From a virus (Duplodnaviria; Caudoviricetes): a stretch of 55,333 bases of DNA. Positions 28,649 through 39,541 of the stretch are shown here, in pieces. Both the position numbers and the translations under genes were made by a program. Location of the stretch: positions 1-55,333 of IMG/VR virus record IMGVR_UViG_3300031716_000012; one strand, written 5' to 3'. A model generated the notes under the pieces. It searched no databases. It saw only the letters and a program-made list of their open reading frames with translations, and had not been told where the DNA came from. Positions within the stretch are counted from its first letter, which is position 1. The number at the start of each line of letters is the position of its first letter.

Positions 28649-28951
28649 ATGGCTGTAGTCGGTGGTCGCGAGATCGCTATCCGGAAGCTTAACGAGACCC
28701 AGATCATGCTCATCATGCGCGAGGGTTCCGTGCTCCGGTCCAACAAGATCGACACGGAGCGGCGCATGAAGGGTGTCGCCACCATCCTCGACATCGTGGA
28801 GTCATCCATTGAGGACCCGGACGACCTGGAGTTCCTGATGAAGCTGGTCTCCATGGGCAAGGTGGAGTTCCCCGAGCTTCTCCATCTGGTCTCCCCCGAA
28901 GCGGAGGAAGCTCCGAAGGCTCCGGTACGCCGTGCAGCCCGGAAGCGGTAA
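28649..28951 (+). CDS. Tail assembly chaperone
   Basis: GAGGAG RBS; position upstream of tape measure. Confidence 0.6.
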   Translation: MAVVGGREIAIRKLNETQIMLIMREGSVLRSNKIDTERRMKGVATILDIVESSIEDPDDLEFLMKLVSMGKVEFPELLHLVSPEAEEAPKAPVRRAARKR

Positions 28952-29504
28952 GCAGTCCGTACCTGAGCAGGTAACCAACGCGGTCGCCTCCCTGCGTCCC
29001 TTCGACACTGAGATCGAGGTGGCCAGGGAGTGGGTCCGGGTCCCTGCACGTCCGGCAGCGGACTGGTTGGAACTGCTCATGGGTCCCATCGAACTGTTCC
29101 TGATCTTCCCCGGTCTGTGCGACGAGGAGGACCGGGAGTTCGTGGAGGACTGCCTGGCTCAGGAGACAGTAACTGCTGAGGAAGTGGACGAAGCCACCCT
29201 GGACCTGATCGAGGCCGTTTCCGGCAGGCCCTGGTGGGTGACCCTTCGCATGGTCAACGTGGCCGAGACCAAGTGGGGCATCCTCGGGGCGGACATGATG
29301 CTGCGTGGTGTGGACGCCACCCGCGTGTCCTTCGCCGCGTGGCTGGACATGCTCTGGATGACGATCTTCAAGTACCTGGATGAGGACAAGTGGACCATGT
29401 TCTCCACCCAGATTGAGATACCTCCACCCGAGGTGGCCGCACGGCAGTCCATTGAGACGATGGAAATGTCTTCCGATTCGTTTACCTCGCTTATGGCTGG
29501 ATAG
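28932..29504 (+). CDS. Second tail assembly chaperone ORF (start uncertain)
   Basis: Overlaps first chaperone in +1 frame; SGRPWW motif; immediately before tape measure. Confidence 0.6.
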   Translation: MQPGSGKQSVPEQVTNAVASLRPFDTEIEVAREWVRVPARPAADWLELLMGPIELFLIFPGLCDEEDREFVEDCLAQETVTAEEVDEATLDLIEAVSGRPWWVTLRMVNVAETKWGILGADMMLRGVDATRVSFAAWLDMLWMTIFKYLDEDKWTMFSTQIEIPPPEVAARQSIETMEMSSDSFTSLMAG

Positions 29505-29563
29505 TACGATTCATCCAGTGGCGCATCACTTAGCCCACAACTCATAGCAAGGTGGGGTGAGTA

Positions 29564-31642
29564 GTGACTGCGCCGGGTGGGAGCATCGGTTCGCTGTATG
29601 TCAGCGTCCACGCCCGCACTGGTGACGTCGAACCCGAAATCCGCCGAGCCCTTAACGAGGCTGGCGAGGGAGCCACCGCCGATCTCGACAAGATCGGTAA
29701 AAAGTGGGGCGAGAAGGTCTCCAAGAGCACCGCCACGGAGATCGAGAAGCACGGCGACGATTTCACCCACTCTGTTGAGCGTTCCTTCGCAGGCAAGATC
29801 GTCACGATCAAGGGCGTCAAGTACCGGGTAGACCGCAACGACGCACTGCACATCTTCGAAGGCATCGGGAAAGGCCAGTTCGCCGGTCGCCTCGTCAAGG
29901 ACATGGTGGAGGGCCTGGAAGATGCCTCCCGTCCTGGTGGCCCGTTCGAGAAGGTTGGCGAAGGTATCGCCGACGCGATCGGTGCCGGGTTCAACGTCTC
30001 CGGTAAGTCGCCTCTGATCGTCGCGCTGGTCCCGGCCATCGGTGCCCTCGCAGCCGTGATCGGGGCAGCCCTCCAAGGCGTTAACGCTCTTGTTGCGCTG
30101 CTGTTCACCCTCCCCACCATCGTCACCGGTCTGGCCCTGGCCATCGGTTCGGTGATGATCGCCACCAACGGGATGGGTAAGGCCATTCAGGATGCGTTCG
30201 CGGCCAAGAACGCCAAAGAACTCAACGCGGCGATCAAGGACCTGGCACCGTCAGCGCAGGCGTTCGTCAAGGAACTCCTGCCGCTGAAAGATGTCTGGGA
30301 CACGATCAAGAAGGCCACCCAGGAAGGCTTTTTCAAAGGCTTCAGCGACACCCTGACCCTGCTGGCCGACACCCTGGGTCCCATCATCAAGAAGGGCCTG
30401 CCCGCTATCGCTCAGGCGATGGGAACTTTCTTCCGGGGCATCGGCATTTTCCTGTCGTCCCCGGTGTTCCAGAAGTTCCTCAGCGATGTCATCCCCGCCA
30501 CGATCAACTGGTTGAACAAGTTCTCCCCGGCTCTGATCAGCTTCCTGTCCGGCCTGATCAAGGCGGCCGACGCGGCGATGCCGTTCCTGACTGCCGTGGG
30601 CGACATGCTCAACGGTGCGCTGATGGACTTCTCGTCCTGGCTTCAGGGCATGATCAGCAGCGGTCAGTTCAGTGAGTGGCTCGCCTCGATGCAGCAGACC
30701 ATGTCTCTGCTGTTCGAGCTTGGCAAGGTGATCCTCCAGTTCTTCGTCAGCTTCTTCGACACACTGGACGAGGCTGGCGGCAAGGATCTCATCGGTCACC
30801 TGATCATCAACATCGAGACTCTGATTGCGTTCCTGGAGTCCCCGGTCGGCGAGAACTTCATGGCTGGCCTGATTCAGATGATCGAAATCCTGCTGTACTC
30901 GTTCACCGGCCTCGTCGTGATCGTCGGCGCAATCATCGCTGCGGTGGAAGTTTTCATCCGGGTGATCATGTACGGCATCGACTGGATCGTGAACACCGCG
31001 TGGCCAGCGATCCAGGGCTTCTTCAGTGACATCGGTTTCTTCTTCGAGAAGCTGTGGTTCGCCGCGCAGGTCTTCTGGGACAAGGTCGTCAAGTTCTTCA
31101 CGGGCGGCGTGGAGAAGACCAACAGGAAGATCAAGGAAAGCGGAGAGTCGATCGGCTCCTTCTTCCGCGAACTGCCCGGCAAGATCGGCGGCTGGGTGAT
31201 CAGCGCTGTCACCACGCTGGCCAGCATCGGCTACAAGGCGGGCCGGAACCTGATGTCCAACCTGATTCAGGGTCTCAAGGACATGCTGCCCGACTTGAGT
31301 AGCATCGCCTCAACCGTGGCGGGCACCATCTCATCCTGGCTGCCAGGCTCCCCCGCAAAGGTTGGCCCCCTGTCCGGTGAAGGCTGGTCCTACCGTCGTG
31401 GTCAACGTATGGCCAACGACCTCGCTGCTGGCATCGCCTCCCAGAACACTGAACTGGCGGCCAGTATCGACTCCTCGATGACCACCGTGGGGATGCAGTT
31501 CTCCTCTGGGGCGTTCCAGTTCAACTTCAACGGCCAGCAGCCAACCAAGGAAGAGGCGTACGGCATCGGCCAGTCCGCCGGGAAGGGCTTCGTTGATCAG
31601 GTTGGTGCCCGCAATACCCGACTCGCAGTGAGGATCGCGTAA
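29564..31642 (+). CDS. Tape measure protein
   Basis: IGSLYVSV N-motif, Ala/Gly helical repeats, LPGSPAKVGPLSG C-motif. Confidence 0.88.
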   Translation: MTAPGGSIGSLYVSVHARTGDVEPEIRRALNEAGEGATADLDKIGKKWGEKVSKSTATEIEKHGDDFTHSVERSFAGKIVTIKGVKYRVDRNDALHIFEGIGKGQFAGRLVKDMVEGLEDASRPGGPFEKVGEGIADAIGAGFNVSGKSPLIVALVPAIGALAAVIGAALQGVNALVALLFTLPTIVTGLALAIGSVMIATNGMGKAIQDAFAAKNAKELNAAIKDLAPSAQAFVKELLPLKDVWDTIKKATQEGFFKGFSDTLTLLADTLGPIIKKGLPAIAQAMGTFFRGIGIFLSSPVFQKFLSDVIPATINWLNKFSPALISFLSGLIKAADAAMPFLTAVGDMLNGALMDFSSWLQGMISSGQFSEWLASMQQTMSLLFELGKVILQFFVSFFDTLDEAGGKDLIGHLIINIETLIAFLESPVGENFMAGLIQMIEILLYSFTGLVVIVGAIIAAVEVFIRVIMYGIDWIVNTAWPAIQGFFSDIGFFFEKLWFAAQVFWDKVVKFFTGGVEKTNRKIKESGESIGSFFRELPGKIGGWVISAVTTLASIGYKAGRNLMSNLIQGLKDMLPDLSSIASTVAGTISSWLPGSPAKVGPLSGEGWSYRRGQRMANDLAAGIASQNTELAASIDSSMTTVGMQFSSGAFQFNFNGQQPTKEEAYGIGQSAGKGFVDQVGARNTRLAVRIA

Positions 31643-34600
31643 TGGGTGACTTCAACCCGCACATGCCACAGATCCTCGGCCAGGAGTGGGTGCCGATCCG
31701 GGAAGAGATCACCTCGTTCTCCCCGGTGGTCAACGCGGTCGAGTACGGTACCGGGTTCACCAATCGCTCCACCATCACCGTTGACCTGGCGCGGTTCTAC
31801 ACGAACGACTGGATGAACCAGCCGCTGCCGTTGACCAGCGTCAGCTACCAGACCATCGGCGTGTCCATCTACCCGCAGGGAACTGAGGCACTGTCCGGTC
31901 CGGTGGAGCGGATCGTCATCCCCTGCAACAACGGTGGGGTCACCGGAGCGAACACAGCCCTCAGCGATGCCACTATGGCCATTTCGGTGGGGAACCCTGG
32001 CCGTCCGGGTGGTGTCACCTGGTCCCTGGGTACCGCCACCGGCACCGCAGCCATGTACTTCAACATGCAGCCGTACCTGGCCGCACTGAAGGGTAAGCGC
32101 ATCCTGGGTGTCAACATCCTGTACGGGGCGCGCTACAACCCGAGTACCACCCTGAACTTCACACCCACATTCACGTGGTCGCTGGTGCCTGCCCTGAACA
32201 CAGGACTAATCCAGCGGTACGTCAACTCCGACTGGACCAGGTTCGACTCCAACGCCAACACGTTGGAGCAGTTCGAGGTGTTCCGGGTCAAGTTGGGTGA
32301 GATCAACCCGTTCCACAACGGCACCCCTGGTAGCGGCATCCTGTTCCCCTGGCTGGTTCAGGAGTTGAACCGGTTCGACTTCAGCCAAACCAACCCGCTC
32401 GGTGTGCAACTGTCCGGGGCGCTACCTGGTGCTGCGGCCAGCTTCGTGCTCACCTACGTAGCCCTGGAGATCATTTACTGCCAGGAACAGAGAGTCGCTG
32501 TCGGCATCACACAGACCAACGTCAACGGACTCGGTCCCGTTGTCCTACAGATGCGGACAATCCTCGGTGGCGCTGGGAAGTCCCTGACGGCAGGCAACTA
32601 CACCCTGGCCGTGTCGGCACCAGACCGTGGTGACGGCGGTGGTGGCTCAACCCTGGTAACCCCGTTCCCGCCGGTTGGCCCCACCATGAACGCGCTGCGG
32701 GAACTGTATTCAATCCCTGCGCACCTGGGCTACACGATCAACCATCCGTTCCCGGTGGACGAAACGATCGTGGGCCAGGAGTTCAGCCTCGACACCAACC
32801 CAGTTCACACCCAGGTGGCCCTGTTCGGTCTCGACGGGACGGTACTGAACGACGTCATGCCCTACGGACGTCAGGCTGCCGCTGAAGTGTGGGGCAGCAT
32901 CACCGCGCGGCAGACCATCCAGGACTACACGCCCGACGCCGTTGCCATGGGTTCGGCCAGCTTCCCGTACGTCCGGTTCTACGCACGCCGGTTTGGGGAC
33001 ACTCAGGTTCCGCTGAAGATTTCCTCCTCAGCCCCGTCCATTTCGGGGCTGTCCAACAGTGCCTGGCTGACACCTGACCAGTTCGATGCCCTGGAACCAG
33101 AGGGCGGCATCATCGACGGCTGGAAGGAAGTCACCCTCCAGTTTGCTAGCGCCCCGGTGATGGGTACCGGTATCTGGCCGGAATGGTTCTGGAGTGCCTC
33201 CGGGGAGGACGCCGGGAACCGGTGGGAAATCCTGGGAGCAATCGCACCAGACGTGTCCGGCGCACCGGGCAACCTGCTGTCCCCTGGCATCAAACTGTGG
33301 GGGGCCACCTACGGGTCACCGCCTGCCGTGTCCGGTGGCACTGTCAACTTGACGTGGCTGCCTCACTGGAACCCACCCGCCTCAGCGATAGCAGCGGACC
33401 CGGCTGCGGACGCGGTTCTGATGTTCTCGCAGTACCCGCCAGCCATTACTGGTCTGGGCTCGACCATGCTGGCGTTCCCGGTGACCGGTATCGGCTCGGA
33501 GTGCGGCGACTACAACTGCTGCATCCCCACGTCGATCCTGTACAACAAGGTGGCGTGGAGTGTCCCGCTGCCCATCATCGGTGACCACTTCGATCGGGTG
33601 TCAAGCCCCGGTTGGGGCACCTACCGAGGATCTATCGCCTGGAACGTCACAAACGGAACAGCGGCGGACTGGACAACCAACGGCAGTTTGGGGTTGTATA
33701 CCCCGTCTTCGTCCTCGTCTCAGTTGCAGATCCTGAGTTCCTCATACGACAACTCGGATATCACCGTTCAGGCCACATTCAATGACCTGAGCGCGTCGTC
33801 CACCCATCATGTCGGACTGGTCAGCCGGTACCTGGACACCAGCAACTACTACGTCATGAATCTGCTCATCTCTCGCGACACCAAGTTGGGCACCCTGTCA
33901 TTTGACGCACGTGTTGGTGGCTCAACCACCACCACGTCCGGTGGCACAGTTCCGTACCTGTGGGACACCACCAACGGGGCGATCACGTTCAAGATGCGGA
34001 TGCAGACCTATAACCGCAACATCCGGTTCAAGGTGTGGCAGGACTACGACACTGAACCGGAACTGTGGCAGATGCAGGTGGTCGACTCGGGGCTGACCGC
34101 TGCTGGCAGCGTCGGCATCCGGACGATCATCACCATGTCGAACTGGAGCTTCGACAACTTCACGGTGACCCCCACTGGGCTGCTGGATTCGGCGTACGAG
34201 TTGCAGCGCAGCGACACCGCCGACCCCACGTGGCGGACCATCATGCGCGCCACCAACTTGAACACCAACTCGTTCAACGACTACGAGGCACGTGTCGGCC
34301 TGGCGTCGTCGTACCGCATCCGCACGTTGAACGGTTACGAGTTCGAAGGCCAGTGGTCATCCACTGCACTCGGAACCATCCAGAGTCCTGGTGTCAGCGG
34401 TAGCTCCTGCCTCAACGGCAACAGCGTGCTGATCTTCACCTCCAACTACGACCAGTCTGGCCAGTCGAACCTGGCGTACGTGGAGGCGTACGAGGGACGG
34501 CCGGAGCAGGCGTTCGGGTTCCCGGAGGCCAACACGCTCCAGTTGCAGCGCATGTACCGCAGGAACTTCCAGGTCGCCTTCAAGGGCACCGAACGTGGCG

Positions 34601-34848
34601 GGGAGGCGTTCACCCGGATGATCCTGGTCCAGGCCGCCGCGATCAGCCCACCACGTCTGGCGAACATGCGGGACCTGCGTGACATGGCGTGGGCCCAGTT
34701 GCCGTACGTGGCTGTGCGGGACGACATCGGGGACCGATGGCTGGCTGCGGTCAGCGTGCCCAGCAACAAGATCTGGAAGCGCAAGATCTACCTGGCCAAC
34801 ATCGGTGTCGTGGAGGTCACCGACACTCCGTACCCGGTGGACCCGTGA
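31642..34848 (+). CDS. Minor tail protein (large, beta-rich)
   Basis: Follows TMP; DHFDR..GWG lectin-like insert, DYEA motif, VRDDIGDRW. Confidence 0.75.
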   Translation: MGDFNPHMPQILGQEWVPIREEITSFSPVVNAVEYGTGFTNRSTITVDLARFYTNDWMNQPLPLTSVSYQTIGVSIYPQGTEALSGPVERIVIPCNNGGVTGANTALSDATMAISVGNPGRPGGVTWSLGTATGTAAMYFNMQPYLAALKGKRILGVNILYGARYNPSTTLNFTPTFTWSLVPALNTGLIQRYVNSDWTRFDSNANTLEQFEVFRVKLGEINPFHNGTPGSGILFPWLVQELNRFDFSQTNPLGVQLSGALPGAAASFVLTYVALEIIYCQEQRVAVGITQTNVNGLGPVVLQMRTILGGAGKSLTAGNYTLAVSAPDRGDGGGGSTLVTPFPPVGPTMNALRELYSIPAHLGYTINHPFPVDETIVGQEFSLDTNPVHTQVALFGLDGTVLNDVMPYGRQAAAEVWGSITARQTIQDYTPDAVAMGSASFPYVRFYARRFGDTQVPLKISSSAPSISGLSNSAWLTPDQFDALEPEGGIIDGWKEVTLQFASAPVMGTGIWPEWFWSASGEDAGNRWEILGAIAPDVSGAPGNLLSPGIKLWGATYGSPPAVSGGTVNLTWLPHWNPPASAIAADPAADAVLMFSQYPPAITGLGSTMLAFPVTGIGSECGDYNCCIPTSILYNKVAWSVPLPIIGDHFDRVSSPGWGTYRGSIAWNVTNGTAADWTTNGSLGLYTPSSSSSQLQILSSSYDNSDITVQATFNDLSASSTHHVGLVSRYLDTSNYYVMNLLISRDTKLGTLSFDARVGGSTTTTSGGTVPYLWDTTNGAITFKMRMQTYNRNIRFKVWQDYDTEPELWQMQVVDSGLTAAGSVGIRTIITMSNWSFDNFTVTPTGLLDSAYELQRSDTADPTWRTIMRATNLNTNSFNDYEARVGLASSYRIRTLNGYEFEGQWSSTALGTIQSPGVSGSSCLNGNSVLIFTSNYDQSGQSNLAYVEAYEGRPEQAFGFPEANTLQLQRMYRRNFQVAFKGTERGGEAFTRMILVQAAAISPPRLANMRDLRDMAWAQLPYVAVRDDIGDRWLAAVSVPSNKIWKRKIYLANIGVVEVTDTPYPVDP

Positions 34849-35960
34849 CCAGGCCAGGTATCCGTCCGCTAGTCACTGAGGCCAGCCCGGCACAGTTGGT
34901 CCTGGACGACTTCATCGGCATCCGCACGTCCACGTTCCGGTTCCGGCTGTTCAACGGGGTGACCGGGGAGAATCTGGGGGACATCACGCCCTACGTGACC
35001 AGCCCTCAGTTGTCCCACGACACCAGCCGGTCGGTGAAGCGAACGCTGAGCCTGGATCTTGGGGTGGAGGATACCGAAGCGATCAACCCGATCACGGACC
35101 GGGTTGATGTGTCCATGGTCATCGAAGGACTGGGGGAGTACCCGCTGGGCCGGTACATGTTCACCGACAGCCTCCAGACCGTATCCACCGGAGGCAACCA
35201 GGCCAGCGTCCAGTTGGTGGACGAGATGTTCATGGTGGACCAGCCACTGGATGTGCCGTACTCCACGATCCCCCACAACAGCAGTTCCTTGCCCGAAGAT
35301 GCTGTCGGACTGGCTGTCGGCGAGGGGGAAATCCTGAAGTTGATCGAACCCTTCGGGTTCAAGACCCGCATGGAAACCACAAAAGGGGTTGCCTCAGCGC
35401 AGGCAACCATCGGTTCCGGTCGGATGCAGGTCATCGAATCCATCGCGCAGCAGTGTGCGTTCTTCAGCCCCTGGATGGACAACGAGAACTTCTTTCACCT
35501 GATTGCCACGTTCGACCCGGAGACGGTGGTGCCGCAGTTCGACTACGACACCCAGCACGCCATCTATATCGACTCGATCTCCCGGTCCACGGACATCATC
35601 ACCGCACCCAACCGTTTCATCGTGGTGGACAACGGTTCCAACCCCACTGGTCAGGCAATCGTGGGCTCGTATGACATCCCGCCATCCGCGCCGTACTCGA
35701 TCACGCAACGCGGGTTCGTGATCCCGAAGGTGTTCACCATGCAGGTGGCCACCGAGGTACAGGCGAACCGGGTAGCTGCCGCGCTCGGGGTTCAGCATTC
35801 GATCACCGAGACGATCACGTTCACCACGCCACCGGACCCTCGCCACGACTCCTACGACGTATGCCTGCTGCTGGGCCAGTTGTGGCTGGAGCGGGCCTGG
35901 TCCCTGCCGCTGGTTGAGGGTGGCCAGATGACTCACACCGCGACGAGGTTCTACCGATGA
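34845..35960 (+). CDS. Minor tail (hub-like) protein
   Basis: GTGA overlap; YPLGRY, PNRFIVV, PDPRHD. Confidence 0.75.
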   Translation: MTRPGIRPLVTEASPAQLVLDDFIGIRTSTFRFRLFNGVTGENLGDITPYVTSPQLSHDTSRSVKRTLSLDLGVEDTEAINPITDRVDVSMVIEGLGEYPLGRYMFTDSLQTVSTGGNQASVQLVDEMFMVDQPLDVPYSTIPHNSSSLPEDAVGLAVGEGEILKLIEPFGFKTRMETTKGVASAQATIGSGRMQVIESIAQQCAFFSPWMDNENFFHLIATFDPETVVPQFDYDTQHAIYIDSISRSTDIITAPNRFIVVDNGSNPTGQAIVGSYDIPPSAPYSITQRGFVIPKVFTMQVATEVQANRVAAALGVQHSITETITFTTPPDPRHDSYDVCLLLGQLWLERAWSLPLVEGGQMTHTATRFYR

Positions 35961-36655
35961 ACGTAAACACACTGGTCCAGTCGGTGCAGGAGAACGCCTT
36001 CGACCTGGGGCTGACCTGGAACCTGCAACCTGGCACCGTGGTTGAGTCGGGTCACGGCCTGATCAACGTTCAGATGGACTCTGATCAGAGCAACACCATC
36101 ATCCAGGCCATTTCGTTGCTGGGCTTCATGCCCGCCGACGCACGGGTGATGCTGCTGTCGGTGCCGCCGTCAACGATCTTCGTACTGGGGCTGATCAACA
36201 ACAACTACCCGACACCTGGTACGGCGATCGTGCGGGTCCGTCAAGAGACGCCACAGTCCATCGTTGACGCTGGGGCTGGAACTTTCCTCACCTGGGACGC
36301 CGAAGACTACGACCCGTTCAGCCTGTGGAGCAGTGGCACCGACGTGGCCATCCCGTTCGACGGCTACTACCAGGTCAACACGCGTGGCGTGTTCGCAGCC
36401 AACGCCACCAGCCGTCGCGCCGCGTTCGCCAACAAGAACAACACCACCAGCGGTACGGGCACGATCTGCGGTGCCTCAATCCAGGCCCCCGCCACTGGTA
36501 CCTGTCAACTAGGTGGCTCTGCTATCGCCCTGCTGCTTACCTCGGATGTGGTCGGAACTCGGGTGATTCAGAACAGTGGGGCACCGCTAAACACTTCCTC
36601 CTCAGATGGAGGTTCCGAGCTAGACCTGACGTGGCTAGGACCAGCCATCACTTAA
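35957..36655 (+). CDS. Minor tail/receptor-binding protein, C1q-like C-terminus
   Basis: TWDAEDYD, IPFDGYYQV, QNSGAPL. Confidence 0.65.
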   Translation: MNVNTLVQSVQENAFDLGLTWNLQPGTVVESGHGLINVQMDSDQSNTIIQAISLLGFMPADARVMLLSVPPSTIFVLGLINNNYPTPGTAIVRVRQETPQSIVDAGAGTFLTWDAEDYDPFSLWSSGTDVAIPFDGYYQVNTRGVFAANATSRRAAFANKNNTTSGTGTICGASIQAPATGTCQLGGSAIALLLTSDVVGTRVIQNSGAPLNTSSSDGGSELDLTWLGPAIT

Positions 36656-36665
36656 CCTACCTTCT

Positions 36666-37742
36666 ATGAAGGTCTACGTAATTCCTGCCGACGCGTACGG
36701 ATGCGGACATTACCGAATGGTCTGGCCTGCCGAAGTTCTCCGTCAGGCTGGCCACGAAGTGGTGATCATTCCGCCGTCGAAGATGGGTACCGGCTTCCAG
36801 GCTCGGGTGCAGCGTGACGACAACGGCCGGGAAGTCCTGGTGGGAGTCGAGGTTCCCGACGATGCTGCCGCGATCGTCATCCAGCGACCCGCACATCCGC
36901 TCCAGCCGCAGTTGATCAACATCCTGCGTTCCAATGGGATCGCCGTGATCGTGGACATGGACGACGACATGTCAACCATTCACCCCGAAAACGGTGCCTA
37001 CCACATGTACCGGCACAACTCGGGTTCACCGTTCTCCTGGAAGTACGCTGCCCTGTCGTGCAAGATCGCCAGCATGGTGACTGTGTCCACGGCCCAGTTG
37101 CTGAAGGTGTACGCGGGACATGGCCGGGGACGAGTGATCGACAACTACATTCCCGAGTGGCTACTGGACAGCCCGCACTTCCCCACCGGAACGTTCGGCT
37201 GGGCCGGAACCACCAAGTCCCACCCGAACGACCCGCAGGTCACTGCTGGTGTAGCTGACCAGCTTGTCAGCGAAGGCCACCCGTTCACGGTGGTGGGCGG
37301 GGACAACAAGGTCCAGTCCGCGTTCCGGATGAAGACCCCGGTGCAGATGTCCGGCAGCGTTCACATCCGGGAATGGGTTCCCATGATCGGGATGACCATG
37401 GATGTGGGCTGGGCACCGCTGGCTGCCAGCACATTCAACTCCGGTAAGTCCCGCCTCAAGGCACTGGAATATATGGCTGCTGGGGTAGCATGGATTGGTT
37501 CGCCCCGAGCGGAGTACCGGCGACTGCATAGAGAGTCGGGCTGCGGCTTCCTTGCGGACAAACCGAAGGATTGGTACCGCTTCACCAAGCAACTCCTCAC
37601 CAGCGACCAGCTTCTTCAGGAGCAGACCGAAGCCGGGAAGGCGTACCTGAAGACCCAGACCTACGAGGAGAACGCTTGGCGCTGGATGGAAGCATGGGAA
37701 GAGGCCGTGAAGTTCGAGCGGAAGCGAGTGGGACTTGAATAA
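36666..37742 (+). CDS. Glycosyltransferase, GT-B (GT4-like)
   Basis: GCGHYR, DMDDD, VTVST, APL..FNSGKS.LKALEY. Confidence 0.85.
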   Translation: MKVYVIPADAYGCGHYRMVWPAEVLRQAGHEVVIIPPSKMGTGFQARVQRDDNGREVLVGVEVPDDAAAIVIQRPAHPLQPQLINILRSNGIAVIVDMDDDMSTIHPENGAYHMYRHNSGSPFSWKYAALSCKIASMVTVSTAQLLKVYAGHGRGRVIDNYIPEWLLDSPHFPTGTFGWAGTTKSHPNDPQVTAGVADQLVSEGHPFTVVGGDNKVQSAFRMKTPVQMSGSVHIREWVPMIGMTMDVGWAPLAASTFNSGKSRLKALEYMAAGVAWIGSPRAEYRRLHRESGCGFLADKPKDWYRFTKQLLTSDQLLQEQTEAGKAYLKTQTYEENAWRWMEAWEEAVKFERKRVGLE

Positions 37743-38397
37743 GTTTGCACTGATTCTGGGATACAACCGCCCAAAAGAAATCCAAGACGTTATCGATGAC
37801 ATGACCGACCAGGTGGACTACATCCTGGTCATCGACAACGCCTCCGAACCGCCGTTGCATGTGGCCCTGGACAAGCCGGACCAGGTGGCGTTGACGTTCC
37901 TGCGAGACATGACCCAACCAGCGAACCTGCCCCGGCTGTGGAACATCGGGTTTGACCAGATCGACATGATCGCTGAAGGGCCGTACAAGGTTGCTGTTCT
38001 TACTGATGACGTACGCATTCCTGAGGGCTGGTTTGAGGCGGTGGCGACAGCTATCGACGAGACGGGCGCAGCGGCTGGCTGCTCATCCCCGTGGAACGGT
38101 CACCTCACCCAGCAGATCCTGAAGAAGCATCCCGACGCGGACATCATGAACCGCATGTACGGTCCCGCGTTCATGGTTGACAGCCGAGCCCACCTCCGGG
38201 CCGACGAAACCCTCAAGTGGTGGTGGAATGACACCGACCTGGACTGGCAGGCCCGTCTCATGGGCGGCATGGTGGTCATCCCCACGCATCCGGTGGTCAA
38301 CCTGTACCCGAACGCCTCGACTGTGGGGGTCAATGCTGAGCAGGCTGGACGTGACCGGGAAGCCTTCGGTCGCAAGTGGGGGTGGCACCCGTGGTAG
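37735..38397 (+). CDS. Glycosyltransferase, GT-A (GT2-like)
   Basis: YNRP, VIDNAS, WNIG, LTDD, WWNDTD. Confidence 0.75.
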   Translation: MNKFALILGYNRPKEIQDVIDDMTDQVDYILVIDNASEPPLHVALDKPDQVALTFLRDMTQPANLPRLWNIGFDQIDMIAEGPYKVAVLTDDVRIPEGWFEAVATAIDETGAAAGCSSPWNGHLTQQILKKHPDADIMNRMYGPAFMVDSRAHLRADETLKWWWNDTDLDWQARLMGGMVVIPTHPVVNLYPNASTVGVNAEQAGRDREAFGRKWGWHPW

Positions 38398-38585
38398 TCG
38401 ATGATCATTTCCAGTTCAGTGTCACCGTTCGCTACGGGAACCGATCCCTGGAGTGGCGAGCCCCGGTCGGAATTGACAACAACGAGATTCCGCACCTGAC
38501 CAACACCCACTCTGACTGGGAACTTGCTCTGATCCAACTTCTCCTCGACCAGTTCGAGGAATGGTTCAGAAAGCACACGACATGA
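38391..38585 (+). CDS. Hypothetical protein
   Basis: Fills gap with overlaps to both neighbours. Confidence 0.45.
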   Translation: MVVDDHFQFSVTVRYGNRSLEWRAPVGIDNNEIPHLTNTHSDWELALIQLLLDQFEEWFRKHTT

Positions 38586-39541
38586 AAAGGATCTTCGCGT
38601 GGCAGACGGATACGAGTACGTGTCACCTGTACCGGACCCAGTTCCCGTTCGAGGAGTTGGCGAAGACTGGGGAGTGGGAAGTGTCCTGGGGTGCCCCACC
38701 TCAAGACATCAAAAGCTACGACGTGGTGGTAGGCCAGCGAATCACCGGCTACAACACCTTGTGGCGGGACCTGGCCCACGACTTCAAAGGTCTCCTGGTG
38801 CTGGACCTGGACGACGACCTGGTGGACGTGGACCCGCATAACACGGTCCCGTACAGCATCTACCAGCCGCAGCGCCTTGACACGATCGCCAACATTCAGA
38901 TGGCTGACGTGGTCACGGTGTCCACCCCGAAGCTCGCTAAGAAGGTGAAGCGGTTCCGGGGCGACGATGCTGCGGTGGTGCTACCCAACTGTGCCCACCC
39001 GGACTGGATCAAGCCGAACCCGCCGTACGGGCTGACCATCGGCTACATGGGGTCACCGTTCCACGCGCAGGACTGGACCCCGCCGGTCAAGGAGGCACTG
39101 GACGCGTTCGCTACCACCTACCCGCATGCCCGCTTCCACATGATGGGTGGCCACTACTACAGCCGGGTAGGCGTGATGCTCCACGGCATGATGCCGATGG
39201 AGTACGTGCTGCACAACATGGAGTTCTGGGTGGGCCTGGCACCCCTGGTACGTAACGAGTTCAACGAATCCAAATCGTGGTGCAAGGCCATGGAGTACGC
39301 CTGCCGTGGTATCCCGATCATCGCCTCCGATGTGGGACAGTATCGCGAGTGGATCGAGTCGGGCGGGGGCGGTTTCCTGGTGGAGAACGAGTCCGTGGAC
39401 AGTTGGCTCGACGCCCTGGACCAGATGGCCGACCTGGAGACCCGTGCCCTGATGGCCCAGAAAGCTATCTGGCGAGCCAAGGACCAGACCATCGACAAGC
39501 ACGCCCACCTGTGGGCGAAGGTTTACAACGGAGCGTGGTAG
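38582..39541 (+). CDS. Glycosyltransferase, GT-B (paralogue of 36666)
   Basis: CHLYR, DLDDD, VTVST, APL..FNESKS.CKAMEY. Confidence 0.85.
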   Translation: MKRIFAWQTDTSTCHLYRTQFPFEELAKTGEWEVSWGAPPQDIKSYDVVVGQRITGYNTLWRDLAHDFKGLLVLDLDDDLVDVDPHNTVPYSIYQPQRLDTIANIQMADVVTVSTPKLAKKVKRFRGDDAAVVLPNCAHPDWIKPNPPYGLTIGYMGSPFHAQDWTPPVKEALDAFATTYPHARFHMMGGHYYSRVGVMLHGMMPMEYVLHNMEFWVGLAPLVRNEFNESKSWCKAMEYACRGIPIIASDVGQYREWIESGGGGFLVENESVDSWLDALDQMADLETRALMAQKAIWRAKDQTIDKHAHLWAKVYNGAW

